64,000 nt of DNA from an uncultured Mycoplasma sp. (GCA_964538205.1 CAZIFN010000001.1:3108-67107), one strand, 5' to 3'; shown: positions 39,252 to 53,796, numbered from the stretch's first letter. Program-made: numbers and translations. The notes: generated by a model not told the origin, from the letters alone.

Positions 39252-41360
39252 CTAAATCTTTTTAACAACTTCAAAATCTATTATCTTATCTTCTTTAGAA
39301 GCTCTAACAACTTTAACACGTACTCTTTCACCAATGGTATATCTTATATGACTACGCTCTCCTGTTAAAGTCATTCTATCTTCATCAAACACAAAGAAAT
39401 CGTCCATATCACGTAAAGGAACTAATCCCTCTACTAAATTATCTAGCTCTACAAACATTCCAAAACTAGTAACAGAAGAAATCATACCATCATATTCTTC
39501 ACCAATATGCTCCTCCATATATTCAGCCATTTTCATATCTTCAACTTCTCTCTCACAATCAACAGAAGCTCTTTCTCTATCAGAAGAATGTTCAGCAATA
39601 TAAACAAGTTTCTCTTCCCATTTATGAATAGTACTATTATCGATTTTATTATCAAATAAATATGTTCTTAACAAGCGATGCACAGTAGTATCAGGATAAC
39701 GACGAATAGGAGAAGTAAAATGTGTATAACAAGAACTTGCCAAACCATAATGTCCTAAATTTTCAGGTCTATAAACTGCTTTTTGCATACATCTTAATAA
39801 TAAGCTAGAAAGAATCTTATATTCTGGCTTATCCTCAAGTGCCTTTAAAATCTTCTGCATAGTAGTAGGTTTAGTATCTTTAATATCACCAGGAACTTGA
39901 TAACCAAGATTACTAACAAACCCTAAAAAGTTACGAATTTTTTCTTCCTTCGGAACTTCATGAACACGATAAACAAATGGTAAATTCATAAAATAAATAT
40001 GCGTAGCCACACATTCATTAGCAGCAATCATAAAATCTTCTATTAAATTTTCTCCAACTCCACGTTCACGTACAGTTATCTCTGTAGGCTTACAATTCCC
40101 ATCTACTAATATCTTAGCCTCATCTATATCAAAATTAATATATCCTCTTTTAACTTTAGCCTTTCTAAGAATACTAGCTAATTCAGCCATAATCTTTAAT
40201 GTATCAGCATATTTTTCATAACCAGAAGGAATAACATTCTTCTCCAAAATACTATTAACTTTCTTATAAGTCATCTGAATTTTAGAATTAATAACACTCG
40301 GAAATATTTCATAATCAATTTGTCTACCAAAGCTATCAAATTCCATAACACAAGAAATAGCCAAACGATCAACATTAGGATTTAAAGAACAAATTCCATT
40401 AGAAAGTTCATGAGGCAACATTGGAATAACTCGATCTACCAAATAAACACTTGTACCTCTATCCATTGCTTCATTATCTAAAGGACTTCCTTCTTTAACA
40501 TAATAACTAACATCAGCAATATGAACACCAAGCTTATAATGCCCATTAGCAAACTTTTCTATTGAAATCGCATCATCTATATCTTTAGTATCATCTCCAT
40601 CAATAGTAAATATCATTTCATCACGTAAGTCTCTTCTACCCTTCATTTCTTCAGGTAAAACTTCCATATTAATATTAGAGACTTCTTCTTTAACATCATC
40701 AGGAAAAACAGTATTAATATTATATTTATAAATAATTGATAAAATATCCACCCCAGGATCATTTTTATGACCAATGATTTCTAAGACTTTTCCCTCATAT
40801 CTTAAATTATTATTAAGTCTTTTTACTAATTCAACAATAACTTTATGACCATCAACAGCATTAAGACTTTTATCTTTAGGAATTTCAATATTAAGTTTTA
40901 TCTTATTATCATCTAATTTAATATGTCCTTTTCCCTTTTCATCAAAAGTTATTTCTCCTATATATCTTTGAACCTGTCTTTTAACTATTTTTAGAATTCT
41001 TCCCTCTAATCTATCTAAATTCTTTTTACTAGTAATTTCAACTAAAACAATATCATCATGAATAGCACCATTCATATTTTCTAAAGCAACATAGATATCA
41101 TCATCCATATTTTCAACTTCAACAAAACCAAAACCTTTTTTATTAGTCCTCATTATTCCTTTTCTTAAATGGCTATTTTCAAGCATCATATACTTATCTT
41201 TATTAGAATGATATACTATAACTTCATCAGTAAGTCTTCTAAGTTCTTCACTAAGTCTCTTAACCTCATCTACATTCTTAAGTCCTAAAAAGTCCTGTAA
41301 TTCATATATATCAAGTGCTTTATCACTATTTCTTAATATATTTAAAATATCATCTCTCAC
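39252..41360 (-). CDS. rnr: Ribonuclease R
   Basis: 702 aa. The RNB catalytic domain (DIDDAISIE...) is flanked by cold-shock and S1 domains. Confidence 0.9.
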   Translation of the reverse strand: MRDDILNILRNSDKALDIYELQDFLGLKNVDEVKRLSEELRRLTDEVIVYHSNKDKYMMLENSHLRKGIMRTNKKGFGFVEVENMDDDIYVALENMNGAIHDDIVLVEITSKKNLDRLEGRILKIVKRQVQRYIGEITFDEKGKGHIKLDDNKIKLNIEIPKDKSLNAVDGHKVIVELVKRLNNNLRYEGKVLEIIGHKNDPGVDILSIIYKYNINTVFPDDVKEEVSNINMEVLPEEMKGRRDLRDEMIFTIDGDDTKDIDDAISIEKFANGHYKLGVHIADVSYYVKEGSPLDNEAMDRGTSVYLVDRVIPMLPHELSNGICSLNPNVDRLAISCVMEFDSFGRQIDYEIFPSVINSKIQMTYKKVNSILEKNVIPSGYEKYADTLKIMAELASILRKAKVKRGYINFDIDEAKILVDGNCKPTEITVRERGVGENLIEDFMIAANECVATHIYFMNLPFVYRVHEVPKEEKIRNFLGFVSNLGYQVPGDIKDTKPTTMQKILKALEDKPEYKILSSLLLRCMQKAVYRPENLGHYGLASSCYTHFTSPIRRYPDTTVHRLLRTYLFDNKIDNSTIHKWEEKLVYIAEHSSDRERASVDCEREVEDMKMAEYMEEHIGEEYDGMISSVTSFGMFVELDNLVEGLVPLRDMDDFFVFDEDRMTLTGERSHIRYTIGERVRVKVVRASKEDKIIDFEVVKKI

Positions 41361-41451
41361 AAAATCACCTTCTTATTCATCTTATCACTATTATACTGCA
41401 TAATTTTCAAAAAAAAAAGACATATAGAATACTACATGCCAAATTAATTAT

Positions 41452-41667
41452 TTAAATAAACATAGAAACTAAACAAATAATAAAGAAACTAAGTCCCAAA
41501 ACTAAAGTAATTCTACTAATAACAAGTTCCGAACCACGTTCTTTTCTCTTAGAAAACAAATCAGAATTACTTCCAGACAAAATTTGAGCTGCACTTTCAG
41601 CCTTACCAGCTTGAAGTAAAACTATAATAATTAATAAAATGGAAATAATTAAAAGTACCGTTTCCAT
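41452..41667 (-). CDS. secG: Preprotein translocase subunit SecG
   Basis: The likely start is METVLLIISILLIIIVLLQAGKAESAAQILSGSNSDLF at 41667 after RBS GGAGGTG; the track ORF has 12 extra codons. The secG-rnr-smpB order is conserved in Firmicutes. Confidence 0.75.
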   Translation of the reverse strand: METVLLIISILLIIIVLLQAGKAESAAQILSGSNSDLFSKRKERGSELVISRITLVLGLSFFIICLVSMFI

Positions 41668-41822
41668 AAAACACCTCCGTTTTAACAATACATATAATAT
41701 CATAAAAATTATCCAGTTGCAACTAATGAAGAATTTTTTTTACTGCAGTCCTATCAAAACTTCCAACTTTTATACCAATATAAGATAAAACGTTAATCTT
41801 TTCAAAAGAAAAAACATTAATA

Positions 41823-43499
41823 TTATTTATCATTAAACATTTCTAAAACATCATCTATACTTAAATTAATACTATCAGAATCTGTTCTCTTTTTATATTC
41901 AACCAAACCAGAAGAAATACCCTTACCAACAACAATTCTATAAGGAATACCTATTAAATCAGTATCTTTAAACTTAACACCAGCTCTTAAATCTCTATCA
42001 TCTAATAATACTTCTATGCCAAAACTAATCAACTTATCATATAATTTATTAGCCATTTCAACTTGTAATTCGTCCTTCATATTAACAATAATAATAGAAA
42101 CTTTATATGGAGCTACTTTCTCAGGAAAAATAATACCATTTTCATCATTATTTTGTTCAACAACAGAAGCTAAAATTCTTCCAATACCAATACCATAAGA
42201 ACCCATGGTAACAATCTGTTCTTTATTATTTTCATCCAAATAAGTTAAACCAAGCTTCTCTGCATACTTAGTACCAAGTTTAAATAAATTACCTACTTCA
42301 ATTCCCTTTTTAAAATATAATTTACCAGTACAACATGGACAAACATCACCCTCTACAACATTACTGATATCTGCTACCATATCATATTTAATATCTGAAA
42401 CATTAACATTTATATAGTGATATCCTTCTTTATTAGCACCAGAACAGAAATTTTTCATAGTAAGAATTTCTCTATCTACTATAACTTTACAATTTAATCC
42501 AACAGGACCAGTATAACCAGAAACTGCATTACTCTTATTAATTAACTCATCATCAGCAAATAAAACTTCACTAACACCAAGCAACTTACAAACTTTGTGC
42601 TCATTAAGTTCCCTATCTCCTCTAATAAAGAAGGCAACTAACTCTCCTGAAACATTCATAAGTAAAGCTTTAACAGATTTTTTAACATCATGATTCAAAT
42701 ACTTACAAACATCCTCAATAGTTTCCTTATGAGGTGTTTCAACCAATTCCATTTTTCTCTCTTTTTCATCACAAGGAACAATAGTATTACAAGCAACCTC
42801 CATATTAACTGCATAATCACAACTATCACATAAAACCAAAGTATCCTCACCTATATCAGTAATAGCTTGATACTCCTCAGATAAAGTTCCGCCCATAGCA
42901 CCTGTATCCGCCTTAACAATTCTATAATCAAGACCAAGTCTATCATAAATATTATTATATGCTCTTTTCATCACCATATAGCTTTCATCAAGACCAGCTT
43001 CATCTCTATCAAAAGAATATGCATCTTTCATAATAAATTCTCTAACTCTAATAAGACCAAATCTCGGTCTAGTTTCATCCCTAAATTTATCAGCCTGTTG
43101 ATATAAAGTAAAAGGTAAATCTTTATAACTTTGTACCATACTTTTTGCAACAATTGTAAATAACTCTTCATGAGTAGGTCCAAGTACATAAGGCTTTTCA
43201 TATCGATCATTTAAATTAAACATATCTTTACCAAAAGCATCAACCCTTCCACAAGTCTCATACACATCTCTTGGTATTAAAGAAGGCATTAATACCTCCT
43301 GTGCTCCAGCCTTATCCATTTCATCTTTAACAATATAACGAATTTTATTTAAAACTCTAAGACCTAGCGGCAAAAAAATATATATACCAGAACCAGCTTT
43401 CTTTATCATACCAGAACGAACCAACAAATTACCAGACCTACTGTCTTCATCCTTCACGTCTTCACGCAAAGTAAAAAAATAGCTTTTACTTAATTTCAT
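41823..43499 (-). CDS. proS: Proline--tRNA ligase (bacterial type)
   Basis: 558 aa. The N-terminus MKLSKSYFFTLRE...SGNLLVRSGMIKK and class II aaRS motifs are present. Confidence 0.9.
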   Translation of the reverse strand: MKLSKSYFFTLREDVKDEDSRSGNLLVRSGMIKKAGSGIYIFLPLGLRVLNKIRYIVKDEMDKAGAQEVLMPSLIPRDVYETCGRVDAFGKDMFNLNDRYEKPYVLGPTHEELFTIVAKSMVQSYKDLPFTLYQQADKFRDETRPRFGLIRVREFIMKDAYSFDRDEAGLDESYMVMKRAYNNIYDRLGLDYRIVKADTGAMGGTLSEEYQAITDIGEDTLVLCDSCDYAVNMEVACNTIVPCDEKERKMELVETPHKETIEDVCKYLNHDVKKSVKALLMNVSGELVAFFIRGDRELNEHKVCKLLGVSEVLFADDELINKSNAVSGYTGPVGLNCKVIVDREILTMKNFCSGANKEGYHYINVNVSDIKYDMVADISNVVEGDVCPCCTGKLYFKKGIEVGNLFKLGTKYAEKLGLTYLDENNKEQIVTMGSYGIGIGRILASVVEQNNDENGIIFPEKVAPYKVSIIIVNMKDELQVEMANKLYDKLISFGIEVLLDDRDLRAGVKFKDTDLIGIPYRIVVGKGISSGLVEYKKRTDSDSINLSIDDVLEMFNDK

Positions 43500-43760
43500 A
43501 TAATCCCTCCTTAAAACAAAAAGAATGACACCTACAAGGAGTGCAAAAGCACGGTACCATCCTTTATTTAACTTTAATTTTTAACGATGTTCCCACCGGA
43601 AGTAAAACTTCATCAAGAAAGATAGGAATCATATTAGATTATCACTAAGTTTTCACTGACCTTAATTCACTAAACATAAGAGCTAATATAATCATGTTCT
43701 TTCCTATAAATTTAAAACTGATAATATTCTATTATTTATTCAATAAAAAGTCAACAATAA
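43500..43760 (-). promoter_or_regulatory. proS leader with T-box-like element and sigma-A-type promoter
   Basis: Minus strand: TTGACT-N17-TAGAAT promoter immediately after the eno stop. It has a Stem-I-like AUAGGAAAGA...UUCCUAUC pairing and AAAGGATGGTACCGTG (12/14 to the T-box consensus). There is no strong terminator; GCACUCCUU could pair with the SD AAGGAGGG. No proline specifier triplet was identified. Confidence 0.4.
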
Positions 43761-46326
<2,566 letters not shown>

Positions 46327-46431
46327 ATCACCAATATTATTATACTACTAAAAATATCTTTTAACTACTATAAATTATTGATAAAAAGTTTTAATATATG
46401 CTATAATAAATAAAAGATGGAGAGGGAATAT

Positions 46432-47673
46432 ATGAAATTAGTAACATTAAGACAAGAACAATTCAATAAATTTGCTAATAATCATAGATATAGAAATTAT
46501 TATCAAACATCTTATTATGGCAATTCTATGTTAAAATTAGGCTATAAAGTACACTATTTTGGATTTGTTGATAGAACAAATTCTTTAATTGGTGCAACTA
46601 TGATTATCTATAAAGAAGTATTTATGTCTAATAAAATAGCATATGCACCAAGAGGAATATTATTTGACTTCTCCGATTCAAATAGAGTAAAAGAATTAGC
46701 AGAATGTTTAAAAAATTCTCTAGGAAAACAAGGATTTATGTTATTAAGAATGGACCCATACATTCCAATAAGTGTTCATAGTAATGACGGAAATTTAATA
46801 AATATGAACAATCAAGAAAATATCATACTAGAAAACCTCGCTACAGCAAAATTTGAATATAAAGGAAAAAATCTTTTTTTCGAAAACGAAAAACCAAGAT
46901 GGGAAGCCTTAGTATTATTAAATAAAGATGCAGACACCTTATTTGACAATTTTGATAAAAGAACAAGAAACAAAATAAGAAAAGCAACAAATATTGGAAT
47001 TGAAGTAGAAAAAGATACAACAAAAAACATTAAAATTCTTTATGAATTTATCAAAAGAAAAGATAAAAAACCATTTAAATATTATGAAACCTTAATTAAC
47101 AATTTTAATGACAATGTAGATGTATATTACGCAAAAATAAATACAGAATTATTTATAATAAACAGTAGAAAAATGTATGAAAACGAATTATTAAATAATG
47201 AACAATTAGCAGATAGCATTCAACAATATGATCCAAACGATAGAGAAAGACAAAATTTACTAAACAAGAAAATGGAATCAGATAAATTAGTAAGTACATA
47301 TAAAAACAACATGTTACTTGCTACAGAACTATTAAAAAAACATCCAAATGGAATAACAATAGGTGGAGCACTAATAATTAAATATGATAATGCAGCCTAC
47401 ATAATAACTGATGGATATAATGAAAAATTTTCATCTCTAAATGCAAGTTATTTAATAAAATGGAAATTAATAACCGATTATAATAGTGCTGGTTTAAAAT
47501 ACTTAAATATGAATGCAGTAGTAGGAGAATTTACAGCAAAAAATCCATACTCAGGACTAAATGAAATGAAATTAGGATTTAATACAGTTGTAACAGAATA
47601 TATAGGCGAATTTGATTTAGTTTTAAATAACTTCACTTACAATTTATATAAAAACTTTAATAAAAACAAATAA
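46432..47673 (+). CDS. FemAB-family peptidoglycan interpeptide-bridge transferase (second paralog)
   Basis: The start is probably MKLVTLRQEQF... at 46432 after RBS GGAGAGGG; the track ORF starts at 46417. ...YFGFVDRTNSLIGATMIIYKEV...IAYAPRGILFD and a coiled-coil insert are colinear with FemX/FemA. Confidence 0.7.
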   Translation: MKLVTLRQEQFNKFANNHRYRNYYQTSYYGNSMLKLGYKVHYFGFVDRTNSLIGATMIIYKEVFMSNKIAYAPRGILFDFSDSNRVKELAECLKNSLGKQGFMLLRMDPYIPISVHSNDGNLINMNNQENIILENLATAKFEYKGKNLFFENEKPRWEALVLLNKDADTLFDNFDKRTRNKIRKATNIGIEVEKDTTKNIKILYEFIKRKDKKPFKYYETLINNFNDNVDVYYAKINTELFIINSRKMYENELLNNEQLADSIQQYDPNDRERQNLLNKKMESDKLVSTYKNNMLLATELLKKHPNGITIGGALIIKYDNAAYIITDGYNEKFSSLNASYLIKWKLITDYNSAGLKYLNMNAVVGEFTAKNPYSGLNEMKLGFNTVVTEYIGEFDLVLNNFTYNLYKNFNKNK

Positions 47674-47682
47674 TAATATTTT

Positions 47683-47760
47683 AAAAAACAAGATCAAACT
47701 AATTAATGATCTTGTTTTTTTTAACATAAAAAAGCATTACCAAAAAGGAAATGCTTTTTA
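47683..47760. terminator. Two tandem hairpin terminators between the convergent femAB-like gene and tuf
   Basis: AACAAGATCA...TGATCTTGTT followed by T8 (bidirectional), and AAGCATT...AATGCTT flanked by A/T runs (the tuf terminator on the minus strand). Confidence 0.7.
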
Positions 47761-47770
47761 TATACAATTA

Positions 47771-48955
47771 TTAATCAATAATTTCAGTAACATTACCAGC
47801 ACCAACAGTACGTCCACCTTCACGAATTGAGAATTTAGTACCTTGTTCAAGTGCAATTGGATGAATTAATTCAACCTCAATATTAATGTTATCTCCTGGC
47901 ATAACCATTTCAACACCTTCTGGTAGATTGATTACACCTGTAACGTCTGTAGTTCTAAAATAGAATTGAGGACGATAATTTGTAAAGAATGGAGTATGAC
48001 GTCCGCCTTCTTCTTTACTTAATACATAAACTGTAGCCTTAAATTTATGATGAGGTGTAACACTTCCTGGTTTAGCAAGAACTTGTCCACGTTCAACTTC
48101 TTCACGAGAAATACCACGTAATAATACACCAGCATTATCTCCAGCTTCAGCGTAATCTAATTGCTTACGGAACATTTCAATTCCAGTAACAACAGTTTTC
48201 TTAGTTTCCTTAATACCTACGATTTCAACTTCATCATTAAGCTTTAATTGTCCACGTTCAACACGACCAGTAACAACAGTACCACGTCCAGTGATAGTGA
48301 ATACATCTTCAATACTCATTAAGAAAGGTTTATCGTTATCTCTTTCTGGAGTTGGGATCCAAGAATCAACTGCATCCATTAATTCATCAATTTTTCCAAC
48401 CCAGTCAGCATCTCCTTCAAGAGCCTTAAGAGCTGAACCACGAATAATTGGAGTATCATCTCCCTCATATCCATATTCACTTAATAAGTCACGAATTTCC
48501 ATTTCTACTAAATCTAATAATTCAGCATCATCTACCATATCACACTTATTCATGAATACTACCATTTTAGGTACTCCAACTTGACGAGCAAGTAAGATAT
48601 GTTCACGAGTTTGTGCCATAGGACCATCTGTAGCAGCAATAACTAGAATTGCTCCATCCATTTGAGCTGCACCTGTAATCATGTTTTTAACATAATCAGC
48701 ATGTCCTGGGCAGTCTACGTGTGCATAATGTCTCTTATCAGTACTATATTCAACATGTGCAGTATTAATAGTGATACCACGTTCTCTTTCTTCTGGTGCC
48801 TTATCGATGTTAGCAAAATCAACAGCTTGATTACCGTTTTTACCAGCTAAACACTTAGTAATAGCAGCAGTTAAAGTAGTTTTACCATGATCTACGTGTC
48901 CAATTGTACCAATGTTAACATGTGGTTTTGAACGATCGAATTTTTCTTTTGCCAT
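47771..48955 (-). CDS. tuf: Elongation factor Tu
   Basis: 394 aa. [18 protein letters not shown] and NKCD motifs are present. Confidence 0.98.
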   Translation of the reverse strand: MAKEKFDRSKPHVNIGTIGHVDHGKTTLTAAITKCLAGKNGNQAVDFANIDKAPEERERGITINTAHVEYSTDKRHYAHVDCPGHADYVKNMITGAAQMDGAILVIAATDGPMAQTREHILLARQVGVPKMVVFMNKCDMVDDAELLDLVEMEIRDLLSEYGYEGDDTPIIRGSALKALEGDADWVGKIDELMDAVDSWIPTPERDNDKPFLMSIEDVFTITGRGTVVTGRVERGQLKLNDEVEIVGIKETKKTVVTGIEMFRKQLDYAEAGDNAGVLLRGISREEVERGQVLAKPGSVTPHHKFKATVYVLSKEEGGRHTPFFTNYRPQFYFRTTDVTGVINLPEGVEMVMPGDNINIEVELIHPIALEQGTKFSIREGGRTVGAGNVTEIID

Positions 48956-49036
48956 ATTAATTTTTCCTCCTTATTTATACAACATATATTTTATCTAATA
49001 ATTGAAGTTTTTTCAACTATTTTGATACTAAATTAA

Positions 49037-51106
49037 TTAATTTCCACTCTTTTTAATAATTTCTTCTGAAATATTTTTTGGAACCTCTTCATAATGATCT
49101 GGGAACATTACGAATGTTGCTCTACCTTGAGTATTAGAACGTAAGTTAGTAGCATAACCAAACATTTCTGATAATGGAACCATAGCACTTAACTTAATAG
49201 CATTCCCTTGAGCTTCTTGACCTAAAGGTTTACCACGACGAGAAGTAAGATCTCCCATTACATTACCAAAATATTCTTCTGGAGTAGTAACATCAACCTT
49301 CATAATTGGCTCAAGTAATACAGGATTACATTTATTTTTAGCTTCTTTCAAAGCAAAGCTAGCTGCTATTTTGAAAGCCATTTCATTAGAGTCTACATCA
49401 TGATAAGATCCATCAAATAATGTACATTTTACATCAATCATAGGATATCCTGCAAGAACACCAGTTTGTAGTGCTTCTTGTAATCCTTTATCAACAACTG
49501 GAATATATTCACGAGGAACAACTCCACCAACGATTTGATCAACAAATTCATATCCTTTATCAGGATTTGGCTCAAATTTAACCCAGACATGACCATATTG
49601 TCCACGTCCACCAGATTGTTTAATATACTTACCTTCACATTCAGCACTACCTTTAATTGTTTCACGATAAGCAACTTGTGGAGCACCAACATTAGCTTCC
49701 ACATTAAATTCACGTTTCATACGATCAACCAATACATCAAGATGTAATTCACCCATACCAGCAATAACAGTTTGTCCAGTTTCATGATCAGTATGAACTT
49801 TAAATGTTGGATCTTCTTCAGCTAATTTTTGTAAAGCTAAAGACATTTTTTCTTGATCAGCTTTTGACTTAGGTTCAACAGCCAATTGGATAACCGGCTC
49901 TGGAACAACTAAGCTTTCAAGAATAATAGGTTTCTTCTCATCACATAAAGTATCACCAGTAGTAGTATTCTTTAATCCTACAGCAGCAGCTATATCACCA
50001 GTATATACATCAGTTATTTCCTTACGATTATTAGCATGCATTTGTAAAATACGTCCAACTCTTTCTTTACTATCCTTAGTTGAATTTAACACATAACTAC
50101 CAGAAGATAAATGACCAGAATAAACTCTGAAGAATGTTAAACGTCCTACAAATGGATCAGTCATAACCTTAAATGCTAAAGCAGCAAAAGGTTCATTATC
50201 ACTAGGTTTACGAGTAGCATCATTACCATCCAAGTCTGTTCCTTTTACCTCTTCAATATCTAAAGGACTTGGTAAATAATCAATTACTGCATCAAGTAAT
50301 AACTTAACACCTTTATTTCCTAATGCTGTTCCACACATAACTGGGAAAAACTCAGCTGCTAAACAGCCATTTCTAATAGCCTTCTTGATCATTTCAACAC
50401 TAACTTCTCCACCATCAAGATAAGTCATCATCATTTCTTCATCATATTCAGCAACAGCATCAATTAATTCAGCTCTTTTTTCTGAAGCAACATCTGCTAA
50501 ATCAGCTGGAATTTCAATCTCTTGAGCATTCTCTGCTTGTTCTCCATCATAATGATAAGCCTTCATAGTAACTAAATCAATAACTCCAGTAAATTGATCC
50601 TCAGCACCAATTGGCCATTCAATAGGCTTTGCATTAACACCCAAACGATCTTTTATCGTTTTTAAACTATATTCAAAATTAGCACCCATTTTGTCCATTT
50701 TATTTGCGAAAATAATTCTAGGAACTTTAAATTCAGATGCTTGTCTCCAAACTGTTTCAGTTTGTGGTTCTACTCCTGCTTGTGCATCAATTAATGCAAC
50801 AGCACCATCTAATACACGAAGAGAACGAGAAACTTCAATAGTGAAGTCTACGTGACCAGGAGTATCAATAATATTTAGACGATGATTTTTCCAATAAGCT
50901 GTGGTAGCAGCAGATGTGATAGTAATACCACGTTCTTGCTCTTGTGCCATCCAGTCCATTTGAGATTCACCATCATGAGTTTCACCAATCTTATGGGTAA
51001 CTCCAGTATGGAATAAGATTCTCTCAGAGCAAGTTGTTTTACCTGCATCAATATGAGCCATAATTCCAAAATTTCTTGTCTTCTCTAAAGACGTATCTCT
51101 TGCCAT
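49037..51106 (-). CDS. fusA: Elongation factor G
   Basis: 689 aa. AHIDAGKTT and DTPGHVDF motifs are present, and it is colinear with EF-G. Confidence 0.98.
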   Translation of the reverse strand: MARDTSLEKTRNFGIMAHIDAGKTTCSERILFHTGVTHKIGETHDGESQMDWMAQEQERGITITSAATTAYWKNHRLNIIDTPGHVDFTIEVSRSLRVLDGAVALIDAQAGVEPQTETVWRQASEFKVPRIIFANKMDKMGANFEYSLKTIKDRLGVNAKPIEWPIGAEDQFTGVIDLVTMKAYHYDGEQAENAQEIEIPADLADVASEKRAELIDAVAEYDEEMMMTYLDGGEVSVEMIKKAIRNGCLAAEFFPVMCGTALGNKGVKLLLDAVIDYLPSPLDIEEVKGTDLDGNDATRKPSDNEPFAALAFKVMTDPFVGRLTFFRVYSGHLSSGSYVLNSTKDSKERVGRILQMHANNRKEITDVYTGDIAAAVGLKNTTTGDTLCDEKKPIILESLVVPEPVIQLAVEPKSKADQEKMSLALQKLAEEDPTFKVHTDHETGQTVIAGMGELHLDVLVDRMKREFNVEANVGAPQVAYRETIKGSAECEGKYIKQSGGRGQYGHVWVKFEPNPDKGYEFVDQIVGGVVPREYIPVVDKGLQEALQTGVLAGYPMIDVKCTLFDGSYHDVDSNEMAFKIAASFALKEAKNKCNPVLLEPIMKVDVTTPEEYFGNVMGDLTSRRGKPLGQEAQGNAIKLSAMVPLSEMFGYATNLRSNTQGRATFVMFPDHYEEVPKNISEEIIKKSGN

Positions 51107-51119
51107 AACTTACCCTTTC

Positions 51120-51587
51120 CTACCATCTATAATGAGCAAAAGCTTTATTAGCCTCAGCCATTCTATGAGTATCTTCACGTTTTTTAACTGCTGCACCTGT
51201 TCCATTAGATGCATCTAAAATTTCATTAGCTAAATTATCAGCCATTCCTTTTCCACCACGTTCACGAGAATACTTAGTTAGCCATCTTAAAGCTAAAGCT
51301 TGACTTCTCGCAGGTGTAACTTCTATAGGCACTTGATAATTAGAACCACCAACACGGCGACTTTTAACCTCAAGAGCTGGCTTAATGTTCTCCATTGCAG
51401 CATTAAATACTTCAATTGGATCTTTTCCAGACTTTGCCTTAACTTGATCAAATGCTTCATAAACTATTGTTTGAGCTGTTCCTTTTTTACCATCTAACAT
51501 AATAGTATTAATTAGTTTAGCAACTACTTTTGACTTATATATTGGATCTGGTAAAATATCTCTCTTTACTGCACGTCTCTTACGCAT
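51120..51587 (-). CDS. rpsG: 30S ribosomal protein S7
   Basis: 155 aa. [19 protein letters not shown]... is canonical S7. Confidence 0.95.
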   Translation of the reverse strand: MRKRRAVKRDILPDPIYKSKVVAKLINTIMLDGKKGTAQTIVYEAFDQVKAKSGKDPIEVFNAAMENIKPALEVKSRRVGGSNYQVPIEVTPARSQALALRWLTKYSRERGGKGMADNLANEILDASNGTGAAVKKREDTHRMAEANKAFAHYRW

Positions 51588-51614
51588 TTTAATTTCCTCC
51601 CTTCAAATTTAATT

Positions 51615-52025
51615 TTACTTAGGTCTCTTAGCACCGTATTTACTACGTCCTTGCTTACGATCCTTAACACCAGCAGTATCTAAAGTACCACGAATAATAT
51701 GATAACGAACACCGATTAAGTCCTTAACACGACCACCACGAATTAATACAACACTATGTTCTTGTAAATTATGTCCAATTCCAGGTATATAAGTATCTAC
51801 TTCCTTACCATTTGACAAACGAACACGAGCATATTTACGTAATGCTGAGTTAGGTTTTTTAGGTGTTTTTGTACCAACACGAGTACAAACTCCACGTTTT
51901 TGAGGTGAATGAACATCAGTAGTTTTCTTTTGAATAGTATTAATTCCAACTCCAAGAACAGGCGCTTTACTCTTTCTAACCTTATCCTTACGATTTTTAT
52001 GAACTAATTGGTTAATTGTAGGCAT
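51615..52025 (-). CDS. rpsL: 30S ribosomal protein S12
   Basis: 136 aa. MPTINQLV...[10 protein letters not shown] is canonical S12. Confidence 0.95.
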   Translation of the reverse strand: MPTINQLVHKNRKDKVRKSKAPVLGVGINTIQKKTTDVHSPQKRGVCTRVGTKTPKKPNSALRKYARVRLSNGKEVDTYIPGIGHNLQEHSVVLIRGGRVKDLIGVRYHIIRGTLDTAGVKDRKQGRSKYGAKRPK

Positions 52026-52199
52026 AAAATATATCTCCTTTCTTTACACATATCCAGGTGTATCATTTTACCCTTTAAATAAAACTTTGCCCAAAAGCAA
52101 AGATATTTAATCAGCAAAAATAATATAACACTAAGTTAATGCAAAGTCAACCATATTTATAATATAATATGATATTTTTTCAAATATATAACTAAATAT

Positions 52200-52931
52200 T
52201 TACTTTTGTTTTTTATTAATCAACAAATTACCATAATAATTAATAAAAGACCAAATCAAAGCAACAACTGCCAAAACTATAGAAAAGAATATAATAAATT
52301 TTGGATTCCATATAATACTAAGTAAAAACTCTTTAGGTAAATCTAATACAAAAACATAAATAAAAATATAAAATAAAATCATAAAACAAAAAGCAATAAA
52401 TACACTAGTTAAACACATTTCACCAAAAGAAATCTTTCTACTATAAAAGTCACAAGACAAAACGCCATAATCAACTTTAGTAAATCTACTCCATTTATAA
52501 TTTTCACTTAAACCAATATAAGGAAAAGCAATAAAAGGCATAAAAGTTAAACAAAAAGCAGTCATATAATTATGTTTAAACTTTCTACTAATATAATAAT
52601 TAACTTTCCAAGAAATCATAACATAAAAGATCACACTAACTATTTGAAAAAAAGAACATAAACCAACACAAGTCATAGAAGAAGAACATAAAACTGATAA
52701 CCCAGTAAAGAAAATAAACATAAGTAATAAAAAAACAGCAAACCAAGGATTAACTTTAGCCTTTTTAAAATATAAATACTCAGAATAAACAGGAATTAAA
52801 CCTTTCCACCCTTCATCACCAATCTTTTCAAAAAAATAATATCTTCCTAACAAATAATATAATACAAATGACAATATCAAAATCCATACCACAATAGACC
52901 CTGGCGTAAAACTAAACAAAAAAACGTTCAC
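52200..52931 (-). CDS. Polytopic membrane protein of unknown function
   Basis: 243 aa with about 7 TM segments and no recognisable motifs. It lies between rpoC and rpsL. Confidence 0.45.
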   Translation of the reverse strand: MNVFLFSFTPGSIVVWILILSFVLYYLLGRYYFFEKIGDEGWKGLIPVYSEYLYFKKAKVNPWFAVFLLLMFIFFTGLSVLCSSSMTCVGLCSFFQIVSVIFYVMISWKVNYYISRKFKHNYMTAFCLTFMPFIAFPYIGLSENYKWSRFTKVDYGVLSCDFYSRKISFGEMCLTSVFIAFCFMILFYIFIYVFVLDLPKEFLLSIIWNPKFIIFFSIVLAVVALIWSFINYYGNLLINKKQK

Positions 52932-53048
52932 ACTAACAACTCCTTACTACTATAAACTAATTATAAACACAAGCATAAAAATTTTCAAGTATTAAAAAAG
53001 AAGCAAAATTCACTTCTTATACATAAAATCTTTAATAAAATACCAGAT

Positions 53049-53729
53049 TTATACTTTTTTCTTTTTCTTAGATTTTCTCTTACCTTTTTTCTTCATAAAT
53101 AAATCTTTATATGTCATAAATAAAAACACACCCAGTATAAAACCAGTAAATAAAGTTGAAAACAACAGAATAGGACTAGAATCACTAGCATAACTACTAG
53201 GATCATCTTTATCATAATATATTTTCACTTTTTGACCCTTTTTCATTTTACAATCACTAACATCTAATTTAGTATCATACTCATTACCTAAAGCCTCATA
53301 TTTAATATATACACTACAATGTTCTTCTTCTTTTTCATATGCATTATCATCACTATCATAATAAGTCTTATATTCTACTTTTTTATTAATATCATAAATG
53401 GTTGCAATTGTTGGAACACCATTTATCTTAAAAGATATACTATTAATAGTTAATAATAAGCAAGAAAGAAACGCCGCAAGCATAGCCGCTAATCCAACAA
53501 AATAAGGAAAATTAATATCCTTTTTATTCTTATCAGGATCACCCTTAATACGTCTTTCAATCGCTTCTGCTATCATCAAGCCAATCATTAATAAAATAGA
53601 AAATACAATTATAATAGTAACAGCATATTCAGTCTTTAAAGCAAAGAAAACCAATACACTATAAACAATAGCAAAAATAATTAAACCTATCATAATATGT
53701 TTACGCTCAAAATCCACTATATCTACCAT
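53049..53729 (-). CDS. Membrane protein, DUF3592-like (TM-beta domain-TM) with a poly-Lys C-terminus
   Basis: 226 aa. Two N-terminal TM helices and one C-terminal TM helix flank a soluble domain. The C-terminus is KKKGKRKSKKKKKV. Confidence 0.45.
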   Translation of the reverse strand: MVDIVDFERKHIMIGLIIFAIVYSVLVFFALKTEYAVTIIIVFSILLMIGLMIAEAIERRIKGDPDKNKKDINFPYFVGLAAMLAAFLSCLLLTINSISFKINGVPTIATIYDINKKVEYKTYYDSDDNAYEKEEEHCSVYIKYEALGNEYDTKLDVSDCKMKKGQKVKIYYDKDDPSSYASDSSPILLFSTLFTGFILGVFLFMTYKDLFMKKKGKRKSKKKKKV

Positions 53730-53770
53730 CCTTTATAAGGATTATACCATTAAAAAATAATTTTTCAAAT

Positions 53771-53792
53771 AAAAAAGCAGACACAAGTCTGC
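53771..53792 (-). terminator. Intrinsic terminator downstream of rpoC
   Basis: GCAGAC-acaa-GTCTGC stem-loop followed by a T6 run on the minus strand, 5 nt after the rpoC stop. Confidence 0.7.
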
Positions 53793-53796
53793 AATT

